A DNA stretch of 56,229 nt from Hydrurus foetidus (GCA_900617105.1 UYFQ01000587.1:62001-118229); one strand, 5' to 3'; positions 37,618 to 49,975 are shown, numbered from the stretch's first letter. Program-made: numbers and translations. Notes: a model not told the origin generated them from the sequence alone.

Positions 37618-40600
37618 TCATTCTTTCTTCTTCAATGCGATTTTTGTTTCCATTTTTTCTGTTCTAGCCTTGAAGTCTGGAGCGAGATCGTTGATCGATA
37701 CTGTGAAGATAGACGCAGAATGGTACGTTTTGTGAGAGATCAGTTACATCAGCATGAAATTGCGCTGGAGAAATCAGTAAACTGGTACATTTCATTCGAC
37801 AATAGAGTGGTAAACTAGAATCCATGTATCGCCAGTCAGGATCAGCACAGAGAGGGCGCTGATCCCATGAAGATACCATCGCTGCATTGCACTATGAGTA
37901 CTTACCTATCCATGCGAATATGGTGATGTAGAAGAGCACTGCGAGTATCGGGGCACCAGATGTGATTGATCCGCAGACCAGCACCAGCACCTGTTGGGCG
38001 AGGGCTCCACCTGTCCAGACAATCACACAGTGAAAAGTGTCACGATGCGCCAGAGATAAAGAAAATGTTGGCGGCTGTAAGTGCCAGTTGTAAGATGTTT
38101 CAATTTAATGAATGTTATCATCTGTACATCAAGAGTGTTGAAAGTGATGGTGTCTGTCACACATATAGTATGGAAAGGACGTGATAAGGTGGGCAGACGA
38201 AGGATTAGAAGCGCACATCCTCACCTGACTTCCCAAGTCTCGCACCCAACACATCAATAGCCGCTTTTCCTTTCGTCTTTCCGTCCCTGTCGAGAGGGAT
38301 ATACGTCATCTCCTGCAGTGTACGGTAAGTGCGCTCATGAGATGGTGAAAGAAGGTGAAACGAGGTGACAGCTTCAAGATCGGAACAGACAGGGAGACGA
38401 TGGAAGTCAAAAGGGAAAAGTTTCAGTCTTGAAGAATGGATTTCAGCTGTGGTAGTAGTATTGGTTAGGTAGATCACGAACAGTGATAGTGGGTCACCGA
38501 GACATCACACCATATCATGTCACGATACATCACAGTGCATCATATTCCAGCACGTCCCATTACGAAGAAAAAAAGAAATGAGCGGATAATGGATGATGCG
38601 CTTTGCCTACTCAAACACTAGCAGCAATGCGCTCATTCGAAAGGGAAGACAGTCTGTCCCGACTCGACTGGGTTGAAGCGGTTAGCGGATGTGCAGTCAG
38701 TGGAGGAGCCTCACCTTGGTAGGGTCGAAGATAGCGTACTTGGTGGCCTTCGACAGAACGTTCTGCACTAGTCCGACATACACAGCTATCTTCAGAGTCT
38801 CTGGCGACTTCGTGCCACCGATGATGATGGAGGCGAAAAAGGGCAGAGCGAGTATGCCCATCATCAAAGGCGTCATCAAGGCGCCCGCTCTCCATCCCAA
38901 CACATCCACGACCTTCGCCCCCACGAACATCATCAAGAAGGAGCAGATGCCTATCATGGTCGAGTAGCGCCCATTGAAATTCAAATACTCTGACTTAACT
39001 GGGAACAATGATTTCACAGACGATTTCCAGATGATTTCCGTGAACTCCATGGTGAGTCCGTAGGCCAGCACCATGGTGGCGATGTTCCTCAAATATTTGT
39101 CCGCACTCAACACACGCAGAGACTCCAAGAAAGAAAGTTTTGGCTTCTTCTGGTGCGGCATGGATTCTTCCAGTTTCTTCTTTGTTTCCTTGGCCAGTGC
39201 TGCTGCCCGTCCCTTAGGGGTGGAGAGCTGCAGCTTGACTGCCTCTTCCTTCTCCTTGTCGGTCAGTCGGTGGATGAGATAGTGCAGCGCAGTGACTATC
39301 GCTCCAGCACCACACATCATAGCAGTGAGGATTTTGAGGGACTGCTCGAAAGCCACTTCGTCATTGCTGGTTCTCTTGGACACGAGGTTGCTCACCACCG
39401 TCATCGCCACTCCGGATAGAATGGGGCCCAGGTTTCCGATCAGCGCGATCAGAGGGTAGATACGCTTCGCCTGAGAGGCAATTAGCAGTACGTCATGATA
39501 GGAAACACAGACAGACAAGAGTAACGTTAGTGATGGAAAAAGTTGTGAGAGAAACCAATTTAAGGTAAACAATAAATCCGACCCTCTTCTCTTCTCCCTA
39601 CAATTGCAACTCATCGTTTGGCTTGTATACAGATGCAACGCGCATAAGTTTCACCGCGGTGGATGTATAGAAGGTGTAGCAGTCCCAAATGTAAATGTAA
39701 ATTCTGTCCCTAAAAGTGGGTTATTCTCATTAGACCCCACAATATAGTACTTCACTTCACGTCATCAGCAAGTTGCATACTGACGAAAGGATTCCTTAAA
39801 GATGATGTCTGGCGAAGCGAATCGTAGTGCCATAAAAATCTTTATCAATCAAGTAAGCTGTCATTGAATTCAAAAGGCTTCTCATAAATACGGAAAATGT
39901 GTGGACGCTAACCCTAACCGTGGACGCTTTCAAAACTCACCTGATCAATTTGGACAACATCGTTTGCACACGACCAGAACAAGAGCGGAATCCCAGCACT
40001 TCCCCAAAGTTCGGTCACAATGTAGTACAGTGAGAAGGTCCAGTGCCGCAGAAGATTGACAGCAAACGACAGCCCCCCTTTCGGGACAACAATGCTCAAT
40101 GGATGCAGTGTGTCCCGGAGTGGATACAGCACAAAAGCGAACACGGCGTAAAAAATGAAAAAAGGAGTTAAAGTCACGTAAAATAGTGATCTCGGGCTCA
40201 AGTTGTTCGCCAGCTTCGCGTAGACAACCATGAATAGAGCTGCTGCTGGGACTACACCATATACTTTCAGGAATGTAATTGCTTCGGCACCGCAGTTTGT
40301 TACTATCAATGCATCTTTGGTGTCTCGCGTCATTGTAAAGACAAACACTATCCAGAACATCATAAATGATAACGAGAAGAATTTCGCCAGTTCCTTTGGG
40401 TAGATAGGAAAGACAGAAAAGTACCAAGGTGCAGCGACGTTGGGGGTTACAGCAGGAAGAGAAGCCAAAGCATCGACGATAGTGCTCTGCTCGAGGCCTT
40501 TAAAATTTCCATCAGTAGCTGCAATAGACCCTGCCCGATTGGTGGACTTCACTGGTGACAAATTTGATTGTTTCAAGTTGGCGATTGCGCTACCGGAGTT

Positions 40601-40651
40601 GATCACCGTCGCAGCAAATGCAGCAACAAGAAGGAACCTCATCGAAATCAT
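37618..40651 (-). CDS. NTT: Plastid-type ATP/ADP (nucleotide) transporter, TLC/NTT family
   Basis: Exons 40651-39941, 39470-38715, 38312-38225, 38010-37906, 37700-37618. Motifs TRDTKDALIVT, GAEAITFLKVYGVVP, ELWGS, QAKRIYPL, SKATKYAIFDPTKEMTYIPLD...KGKAAIDVLGARLGKSGGA. There is an N-terminal signal peptide. Confidence 0.95.
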
Positions 40652-41542
40652 CCTGTAAGACTCAGCAGGAGATGATTCTACCGATGCGATCCTTTCAGAT
40701 TCGCTTACAGATCTACAACCAATAGCTGAATGGAGGCCCTTCTAGCGTTTAGGAACACAACATCATAAATGTGCAGGCGGATTGCGGGGGGTTACATCGG
40801 CAACATGATCACTTTGTAGACCGGTCTACATGACGGACATCTTAAACTGAACGTATTAGTCTACTGGGCGGCGCAGTGTTATCTAGAATAATCAGGTCTC
40901 CCCGGCCAGTGACCATGTAGATTGGTTGTAAAAGCTTGTGATCTGGAGATGTCTCCTTTGGTGTCACCTTTACACACACAGGTTCTGTACGTACAACACC
41001 CTGTCCTGGACGTAGCAATAGGCTCATCGAGGAATTACTGTATACTGCAGACTGCAGCATGCAGCAGCTATAGCACTGCTTCAAAATTTTGCGCCCAGAG
41101 AACCCTATGACATCGTGACGCCCCTCCACGCGTTGTCATGGCTGGGATCTGTGAGTCTTCAGTCGAGAAGTAGTTTAGCAGCACCAAACTCCACGGATCT
41201 CAAAACCCCGAGATTTGATTCCATGATATATTTGTCGAAAATCTGGCGAAAACTGCCAAGGCTGAGATGCCTTCTTTTGCTGTTCTCGAACTGTTCTCGA
41301 TTGCCGTTATCGCCTTCATTACCATCATCGGTTGCAGCGGGAGATTCAACATCGGCGAATCCTCCCTCGCTTCGAGCATATCCAACTGCCGGCAATTCTT
41401 CTTCGAGAATTGCCGGGGCCATCAAGCTCGTGTCAACGGATTTCAGACGTCGTCTGTGGAATGCGCCGTCATTTCTTGGCCATCGTTAGTCGGTGATAGC
41501 TCTTCAGCCATCATCCGTTGGTCATCGCTCGTCGGCCATCTG

Positions 41543-41750
41543 TGTAGTCCTGATAGAGAAGAAGATGGGTAGAAGAGCGGGTGGTGCTTAGGTTACAGAC
41601 TATGCTAGAAGCTGGGTAACTTCTACGAGTAGGCTGCAGCTAGCTAGCTAGTCGTGGTAGGGCTGTATGTGTACTGTAGGCGGAAGGATCGGGTGGATCG
41701 TGACGAGGTCCGGTACGGCCCGTAGGCCCGGTATACCCGGTACGACCACA
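41543..41750 (-). repeat. 3' LTR of element 1
   Basis: Direct repeat of 47002-47209; differs only at 41614 (g) versus 47073 (a). Confidence 0.97.
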
Positions 41751-41774
41751 TTTCCCCCACTTATCTCTTTTTTG
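41751..41774 (-). promoter_or_regulatory. Polypurine tract of element 1
   Basis: Minus strand reads AAAAAAGAGATAAGTGGGGGAAA immediately before the 3' LTR TG. Confidence 0.85.
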
Positions 41775-42062
41775 GAGAAATCTAATCTATGACGCGACCA
41801 CCACGTTTAAAAATATAATAACTAGTAATAACTAAGAAAGTAAAAGAAAATTTTAATATGAAAAATATAATAAAGAATATTTACAAAATGTAAACTGTGG
41901 TGGGTCGGTCGACGAGAAAAGTGGTGCCTAGTACGTAAGTACATGTGCCCGAGGCCTCGATACGTAATTATGTCAGATTTTTACTGACTAAAACCATAAA
42001 ACCTCCATAGAGGGAAAATTAGGAAAAATCTTCAAAAGATAATACGTTCGAGATCAGTCTTC

Positions 42063-45000
42063 TTAGACTGATGCCTCAAGATTCTTGGGGATAAAATGTT
42101 TCATTTTATTGTCCCTCAAGTATTCATGGAGTGCTTCACAAAGCCGTAGGTTTTTCCACGGCTCCCATGAATTATGAGTGTCATCATAATTAAGCCATTT
42201 GACTTTGAATGACATTGTCGTAGGCTTCTTTTTGTCACCTGAGTGGCTAAGAACCTTTTCCACTACAAATTCCATGTAGTCACGACGAGCAGTGTCAGCA
42301 GGTACATCGACCTCTGAATCATAATTAATTTTTTTTAATATGTACACTTCGTTCTTTGTGTGTAACAAGGTTTGCGAGGATGTACTCGGATCCTGTGTAG
42401 GAGATGACACGGTACGGGCCATGCCACGTAGTGTGTAACCGAGTAGGCGGTCGATCCGTGTAACGACATAAAACACATGTCCCTATAGGGAACACTGTCG
42501 CACACTTAGCTGATGTCGCGTGTTTAGCGTCTGCTGACATTAAAGCTTGAACAGCTGAATCGAGGACCTTGTCCTGCACGCTGATCAAATCTTCAATGTA
42601 TGTTGATCTAGAATGTGTATTCACACTTAAGTGTGGTGTTAAAATACCACGATTCAAGTCAAGCTTGTTTCCGAACAGTAAATGTGCGGGCGCAACTTTA
42701 GTGCGTCTATTAACTGAACTGTTAATGATGCGTTGCACAAATGGGATTGACTTAGCATATCCCTCTAGGGTCTGTTTATCAAAAACAAGACCTCGTAGGT
42801 GTCTATTTACCTCTTTGTTGACTCTCTCAACAATCGCATTTTCCTCTTTCGAGTATGCGAGGGTTAAATTATGTGGCGTACCACAAAGATCTAAAAAGTC
42901 TTTATTAAATCATTTGCGAAATGGGATCCTCGATCCGATCGTATCATATTTGGCGAGCCGAAACGGCCAAAATGAGAGAGTAAGCAGTCGGCCGCTGATT
43001 TTGCGTCTGCATTCGCACACCAAAATAGTTCTGTCCACCGTGTGAACGTGTCGATAATGACAAGGATATAACCTTTGTCTGGGAATGGACCAATATAGTC
43101 AACATTCAGCGTATCGAAGATAGCATAATTCGACGTTGCAAAGTGAGACGCATTGATTTTAGGATCTTTTGCGCTCAGCTTTTGACAACACGGACAGTTC
43201 TGTATGAACGTACGTACATGTTGTTTCATGTTTTTCCAAACTTGTTGTAAACTAAACAACCGAGTAAGGGTACGATCTACACCATTGTGACCAACAAACG
43301 CATTGTGGCACATTTGGATGTATTCTAATTGATCGTCTGACGCTGGGTCAATAGCCGTCAAAGCTGACACAGTGACCGACGACGACGAAGTTGGAAGTAA
43401 TTCCAATTCCGTTATCCGTAACGGTAATGCAATTTCTGTCAAGTTAGGACATAATCGCGACAATGCGTCGGCTAAGGCATTTGACGTGCCAGGTACGAAG
43501 ACAACCGTAAAATGAAGTTCTTGCATTGCAATGAACCATCTTGCTACCATTGAGGTAGGGTTTTGTTTCATATACGTGATATTTAAATGATCCGTATAGA
43601 TTGTGAATGTACGGTCTCTGATTAAATAATCGAGTTGTGTACAACAGTAGAATATAGCATACGCTTCTTTCTGTATAGTTGACCACCTTATTTGTGTTGG
43701 TGTCAGTGATTTGCTTATGAAAGCAATCGGTTGCCAAATGGTATCAACCACCTGGAAAAGAACACCGCCGATTCCAAAATCAGACGCGTCTGTATATAAT
43801 CGGATATCCAATTTATTGTCATCAATGAAGTACATTAATGGACAACGAGATATTGCGATCTGTGTGTCGTGAAAGCTGTTGGTACTCGCTTGAGTCCATA
43901 CAACGGCCGAACGTTTCGGTGCAGAATGATCTATCATATCTTGCATTGGTTTAACCAAAGTAGAATGCATAGGTACAAATTGCCGAAAATAGTTCGCCAA
44001 TCCTAAGAATGATCTTAACAGAGTTAAGTTCTTAGGTATAGAAAAGTTTAACACTGTTTCTACTTTCTCTTTTGACATAAACAATCTTTGTCAACCACTC
44101 TGCCAACGTATTGAATGCTGTAAAAATGCGATGTGAGGGGTGTTATGGTGCCTGATGGTAACCCGCGGTTAAATCCATCACACCAAAAATATCCGGTTTT
44201 TTATTACCGATCCTCTCAAAAAGATGTTTGAGATTCGGCAGGGGAAAAGAGGCGGGAGTCAGGCACTTATTAAGTGGCCGGTAATCGATGCAGGTTCGAA
44301 ATTTACCGGGTGACTTAGTTACGATTACAGGATGACTGTAATAAGCGGCATCTGACCGCTCTATAACCCCCGACGCAAGCATCTCATCGAGATTCTCCTT
44401 AAGAGCAACCTCCTTAGTTGATGACTGGGGACGTACCGGCGTACGGTTTTCGTCTTTTTCCCACAACTCAAGTGGGATGTTAATCTCAAAAGGTTTGAGT
44501 GACGCTGGTTTCTCAGCTAACTGATCACTAAAAATGTCTGAATATTCAGAACAGAGCTCTCGGAGCTTCCTCTGAAAGCTTTCATCTCCCTCAAAGGTAA
44601 TCTCGTTGAGGAAATCCTCTGGCCCCTTGGGCAAGTCATCTTGACTAGGTTTCTCAGCTAAGAAGGGTGCGAACGTGTCTATCTTGCCATCGTCAATCTC
44701 GTCAACTGAGAGTGCGACACCACTGGGCCATAAAGGCTCAGTGACATAGTCGGGGGTATCAGAATCCCCAAAGGTATGTGTAAGGGTGGGAATCTGGTCG
44801 CCACCTAGGTGCGGTGTATCACCCGTACGTTTTGCGAGAATAGTAGTGACACTATTCAGTCGCTCACAACTTACATCACCACAGGAATTTTGGGTCGCGA
44901 CTCCCTCAATATCCTTTTGGGTATCGTTACATGTCGACATTGAATGGACACAGGAGACGTTGCTCTTCAAAGAAGATTGACCATGCAATATGCTCTTCTT

Positions 45001-45633
45001 ATTCGGATACTCTTGTACTCCTTAAGTTTCCCTCTTATTAGAGGATGGTATGCCGCCTGGATATTTCAGCTTGTCGTAATGAGGTGTTAAAGACTCGACT
45101 ACGGCTGTATCAGGTTCGGCACCCAACTCTATCATACGACGCGTGTATTTGTGTTGAAACAGTCGGTCGAGTTTATCCAATGCTTCTTATCGAAGTCGAA
45201 TTCGCGTCTGCGAGCATCACTCTTTCTCATATTCTCAGCGCTAAGCTAAGGAGAAATGCCGAAAGCAAATGGAGTTAACGTTTAAAAATCATATTTATTT
45301 ACCGTATCAGGGCTAAATAATATGTCAATTTCCGTTTTCCGAATAGGTACATGTGGCTGCACTTCGACATGATCGTCAGTCAGATTAAAGACATCATTAT
45401 CGAAAGTGACAGCCACGCAGTCCTGGGCAAGGTTCTTACCTTGGTTTTGTCCCGGCTGAGTGTTGTCTCGGCTAAATAATATGTCAATTTCCGTTTTCCG
45501 AATAGGTACATGTGGCTGCACTTCGACATGATCGTCAGTCAGATTAAAGACATCATTATCGAAAGTGACAGCCACGCAGTCCTGGGCAAGGTTCTTACCT
45601 TGGTTTTGTCCCGGCTGAGTGTTGTCTCGGCTA
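42063..45633 (-). pseudogene. pol: Disrupted pol: partial RT, RNase H, integrase and chromodomain
   Basis: RT N-terminus (FRTCIDYRPLN, MDLTAGYHQAP), RNase H (LYTDASDFGIGGVL, EAYAI, TDH, ADALSR), integrase HHCC and DDE (VDYIGP, IRSDRGSHF), GPY motif (WHGPYRV) and chromodomain (EFVVEKVLSH...FKVKWLNYDDTHNSWEPWKNL). It has several frameshifts, and the YxDD block is deleted near 44115. Confidence 0.92.
45311..45633. repeat. 159-bp tandem duplication inside element 1
   Basis: ggcta-anchored unit at 45311 and 45470, with a third anchor at 45629; an in-frame 53-aa repeat. Confidence 0.93.
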
Positions 45634-47001
45634 CATAATCTGTCGATATACCCTTATGGGCAGGCTGATGCTATTGCATTCACCATCGAATGAAAAAGGA
45701 TTGTTAAATCGCAAGTTTTTGATCACTTCTTTTCAATCAATGCAATATTGCATTACAATAATTTTACTCAGCATAAAGCTGTTTAAGAAACGTGATAGCG
45801 TGAACGAAAAGAGCGAATCATACTAACGATCTTTTGATTTATGTTGCAAAGCAACAGAACATTTGCAATGTAAGAAATATTACAATCGAAAAGTTCAGCT
45901 GAAAGCTGGAGGAACACTCCTTATTTTTCATTTTTTAGATTTTTTTTTATTTTTTTTAAAAAAGTGTTACAGTTTCAAATTTTTTGTTAAGACTTGAAAT
46001 CTGTTCTTAAATGTAACAAAATGTGTACCCACATATTGAAAACTAATAAAAAAAGTACGACATTTTCAAATGTACGAAACGGTGACCCACCCCTACTGGG
46101 GCTCGAACCCCGAACTCAGGATGGTCAGTAATCCTTGGAGGATATTTTCTTTAATCGTCGATATCTCTCTACTGGGAGCGATTCGAGAGGTTATAAGCTT
46201 CAGATCATGTTTATATGACTGTTAGGCATCTTTCTAGAGGTTCTGACCTTTTCTGGGTCAAAACCTGATAAAAATCAGTCGAGAACGACGATGTCGCGCT
46301 AAGTTCATAACTCAGCAGGATAATCTCGGATTCAACCCGAACTCGGTGTAAACGATTCTATTGGATACTAGAGTTCATTATCCGAAGGGACAATGATGTC
46401 CGCATCCGAACTCTCTATGTATCTTCTGTCAAAAGATGAGCAGAAATCGTTTATTCGCTCGAGATATTTCTCCGAAGAAAAATGGCTGTATCTCGGTGAA
46501 GAGGTTAGCCCTGCTCGAAATTTTTTTTCAAGAGCTTCGCCTCGTTTACTAACGGGTACTGTGCGTCAGTAACAACGAGGGAAGTGGTTCTACCCAACTC
46601 TTGAACTGAAAAGTTCTATGGCGTAGGAGCTATATCCAGAGTGGGAGAAAAAGTGGATACCTTTAAAGGTATAAGCTGCTGCTTTTCAGCGACAAGAAGA
46701 CGTCTCTTGACTAATCTTATGTCAGCGGTGATGAATCCGTGATTCAATCTACCGTCGGAGCAGATCTTTAATGAATCTCGGGAAGGATCTTTCGACTTCG
46801 ACCGGAAACTTAAAGAATGGAAGAGCCCAAGCTTAGGGATTCCAAGAAAGCAGGTATGCTGACTTTCTCTAACTTAAACTAAGCTGCAAGAGAAGTCGGC
46901 CAGTGGCGGACGAGCGATGGCTCAAGAAGTCTTATCTAAAAGTTCTGGACAAGTAGATGGACTGAGAGGTAGTAGAAAAAAGGGCGGACGAATAGCGCTA
47001 T

Positions 47002-47209
47002 TGTAGTCCTGATAGAGAAGAAGATGGGTAGAAGAGCGGGTGGTGCTTAGGTTACAGACTATGCTAGAAGCTAGGTAACTTCTACGAGTAGGCTGCAGCT
47101 AGCTAGCTAGTCGTGGTAGGGCTGTATGTGTACTGTAGGCGGAAGGATCGGGTGGATCGTGACGAGGTCCGGTACGGCCCGTAGGCCCGGTATACCCGGT
47201 ACGACCACA
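47002..47209 (-). repeat. 5' LTR of element 1
   Basis: Upstream of pol in element orientation and followed by ATAGCGCTATTC. Confidence 0.97.
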
Positions 47210-48040
47210 TCTGTTTACAACGGGAGATTCAACTTCGGCGAATACTCCTTCGCTTCCAGATAGCGCAATCAACGGACTCTTTTCTACTCCATCTTATTTT
47301 CGCCTTCTAACCCAATTTTGAACTTGGCTCCTTTCGTTGTAAGGGGAAACCCCTGGTATTTTTTTTTCGTTACAAATGCACCATCGACCCAATATTGTGT
47401 CGTCGACCGAATTCTCGGAGGAGGAAAGCACCATCGGTCCGTTGATCATCACCACCATCACCATACTTAACGTGTCATTGTGCGTAATGATGTGTTGCCT
47501 TGCATTTCTGATGTCATGGCTCTTCTATCGACGCTCATCGAGAACAGAAATGTTCACGATGTTACAACCATTTCTAGATTGTAACCTTGCTTTCGCTCAA
47601 GAGGCATTCTGCTCTCTGGCACTAGCCTCATTATTTTATCTTGATGAGCTGTATTTCACTATCGATTCAGACTGCTTTAAGGTTTCATCGTAGAACTTCT
47701 GTATAAGCTGCGCACTTCATATCTTCGATATATCTGTCATCAACTGTCCTGTTCATGATAAGAATAATAAAAGTTTAGGATTCTGACACTTTTTTCCATT
47801 TGCATTACACGAATATTAATTTGTCGTTCGCATATGGTGTCCACATTCACAACGCGTAAACGTCAAATTAGTTGTAAATTCTGAGTACAGAATCTCATGT
47901 GATTTTTCGTGTACTGTATTTGTCATCTTTGGTATCACTCACATATGCATACGCGTCTTTACACTGAAGACAATACATCACTGCATCCAATTCGCTATCA
48001 AATACATCTTCTTCATCAACTACATTCAATCAAAGTTTAG

Positions 48041-48622
48041 ATGGATTTCGGGATAAATTCAGTAATACAGACCCTTCTCGGTGAAGATGAAGGGCAGTAC
48101 TGCAAGTGTCTATTCGCTCTCTGGGAACGACTTGGGAGCGAGAGTAGGGACAAAGATGTTGAATTAACAGATTCCAATGAATCAGATAGTGATGAATCTG
48201 TGTCGAAAGAATGCTGTATTCTCTGTTAAAAGACTTTTCAGTCACCGAACAATATGGCTATCGAAGAGATCAGGCGCTGCAAGGGTCTACTTAAAGTCTC
48301 TGGCAAAGGACATTAATTGCGAGATAATTCAATTGCATCTTTGAATTTAGAGGATTATTTACGCCCCTCTATCTGGTGCTGGCATCCTCAGCGATGGCAC
48401 GGTGATATGAGTGCTGGCACGGTGATATGAGTTTATTTGCTGATGGATTCACTGCGTTGGAACGGGAATAACTCAAGTATTTGTTACTCCGGTTGAATGA
48501 CCGTGTCTCAAATATTTCATACATAGTAGTCAAGAACATCTCAAAAAAAGATTTACATAAGGTACTCCAATACCCCCTCCGCTTTACAGCACATCGACTA
48601 TCCAATTTAATAAAAAAATAAA
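48041..48622 (+). pseudogene. Decayed ORF remnant, probably transposon-derived, ending in a Myb/SANT-like helix segment
   Basis: Fragments YLRPSIWCWHPQRWHG and GFTALERE*LKYLL...RFTAHRLSNLIKK, with in-frame stops and a 20-bp tandem duplication (48395-48432). Confidence 0.4.
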
Positions 48623-48888
48623 TGAAAAAAAATCGACGTTATCAATTTCAGTTCCCGATAGCGTTCCTTATTTTACAACAAAATATTTCATGTTATTCGG
48701 GAATTGCTTTTTAATCAGATTTGGTGCATAAGGGTCACGATAATACAGTCGTCAACTAAACATCAAGATCTAGCAAGATTTATCAGAGAAAAAGTAGAAA
48801 CAGAGCTATACAGTTTTCACTTTTTTTGTTAATGAGATTTCTTATCTAAATACAATCGACATTACTTAATGTTTCTACAATTCAATTG

Positions 48889-49975
48889 ATGGTGTTTAGG
48901 AAAGCTGTTGAAGTTATCTGCATTGATAGAGTTTGGAGATCAAACGGACCTCTGAATACTGAAACAAAGCAGCAGCTCCTCGTCGATTCAGTTTTAACGA
49001 TCTTTGGGCAGGTAGATTTTGTATTACGCTTTTATTCAATGTCATCACGAGTCTAACAAGTATCTATCGAACTAAACAGATCGAGGAGGCGAAGCTCCAA
49101 TGCTGTCTAGAAGTTATCGAGGAGCCTATTGTTGATTTTGCTGACGAGAGTGATCGAGAACGTGCTGTTGAAGATGACTTCAACGCAGGTAAGGGCATGG
49201 TTATGACTACCGATGGAGATTGTGAGGGAGAGAAAAGTTCAAATATTGATGAGAGTGAAGTGACCATAGATTTCGCGGTCGAAGTAGACGAGGTTAGTTT
49301 GAATGTGACTAAGGCTACGTTTCACTTATTAAGGGCAGAAAGAGAATTGCTGAATTCCTGCATCCAAGATAAGGCTTTAGGAAAAGGGGTGGAAATATCG
49401 ACTGGGATAAGATTGAGAACATCTTCGAGGACGAAGCTGACGGTCATAGAGTATTCAAGAGAGATCGAAAGAGATTGCGCTCAACGTCAAATAAACTCAA
49501 AGTACAGACAGTCGGAATATCAACAACGAATCACAATTCTTCCGTACAAGAACTTCTACCTATTGAGGATATCATGATGGATGTAATGACTACAATAGAT
49601 ACAGTAGTCGAGGATAGGACTATTGATGAAAGTGTGCGGAATAGTGTGTCTGAAAAAATCATCAAGACAGGAGGAGATTTAATAACCAAGGATTTTATGG
49701 AAGACACTGCAGTTAGCGTTAGCACCACATCGCAATCGATAGAGCCTAAAAGAAGAGTAGGTAATTTAAGTGATCTTGAACGGGAGTTTGTTAAGAACTA
49801 TGGGAAGAAATGTTTAACTATGGGTAAATACATAGACAATAATTGCATGTTGAAAGAATATAGAACAGTTTTCCCTGACTTTTTCCGTGATGGAGATATA
49901 TTGAAAAAATGTTGGAATAATCGGAAAAAGGATTCTCCAGCCTACAAAGAATTCATTAACAAATTGAATAAGTAA
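48889..49975 (+). pseudogene. Two-exon, frameshifted gene with two Myb/SANT(trihelix)-like repeats
   Basis: Exon 48889-49011, a 68-nt GT-AG intron, then an exon from 49080 with a frameshift near 49385. Repeats: LLRAERELL...NIDWDKIENIF...FKRDRKRLRSTSNKLK and LSDLEREFV...YIDNNCMLKEY...FFRDGDILKKCWNNRKK. Confidence 0.55.

Larger units (their letters stand above)
41543..47209 (-). mobile_element. Ty3/gypsy chromovirus-like LTR retrotransposon, non-autonomous (element 1)
   Basis: Two 208-bp TG...CA LTRs with 1 mismatch, a 4-bp TSD TCTG (41539-41542 and 47210-47213) and a polypurine tract. RT, RNase H, integrase and chromodomain remnants lie on the minus strand. Confidence 0.97.
41159..47300 (-). 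pseudogene. Decayed low-complexity ORF interrupted by the LTR element
   Basis: Removing the element and one TSD copy gives a continuous frame (SEGVFAEVESPVVNR|WPTSDDQRMMAEE...). A related peptide, SEGGFADVESPAAT, recurs at about 41330-41380. Stops are present. Confidence 0.4.

Noticed and set aside
46085..46160. tRNA gene
   Set aside because: Only a T-arm-like hairpin is visible; there is no D-arm, anticodon arm or acceptor stem.
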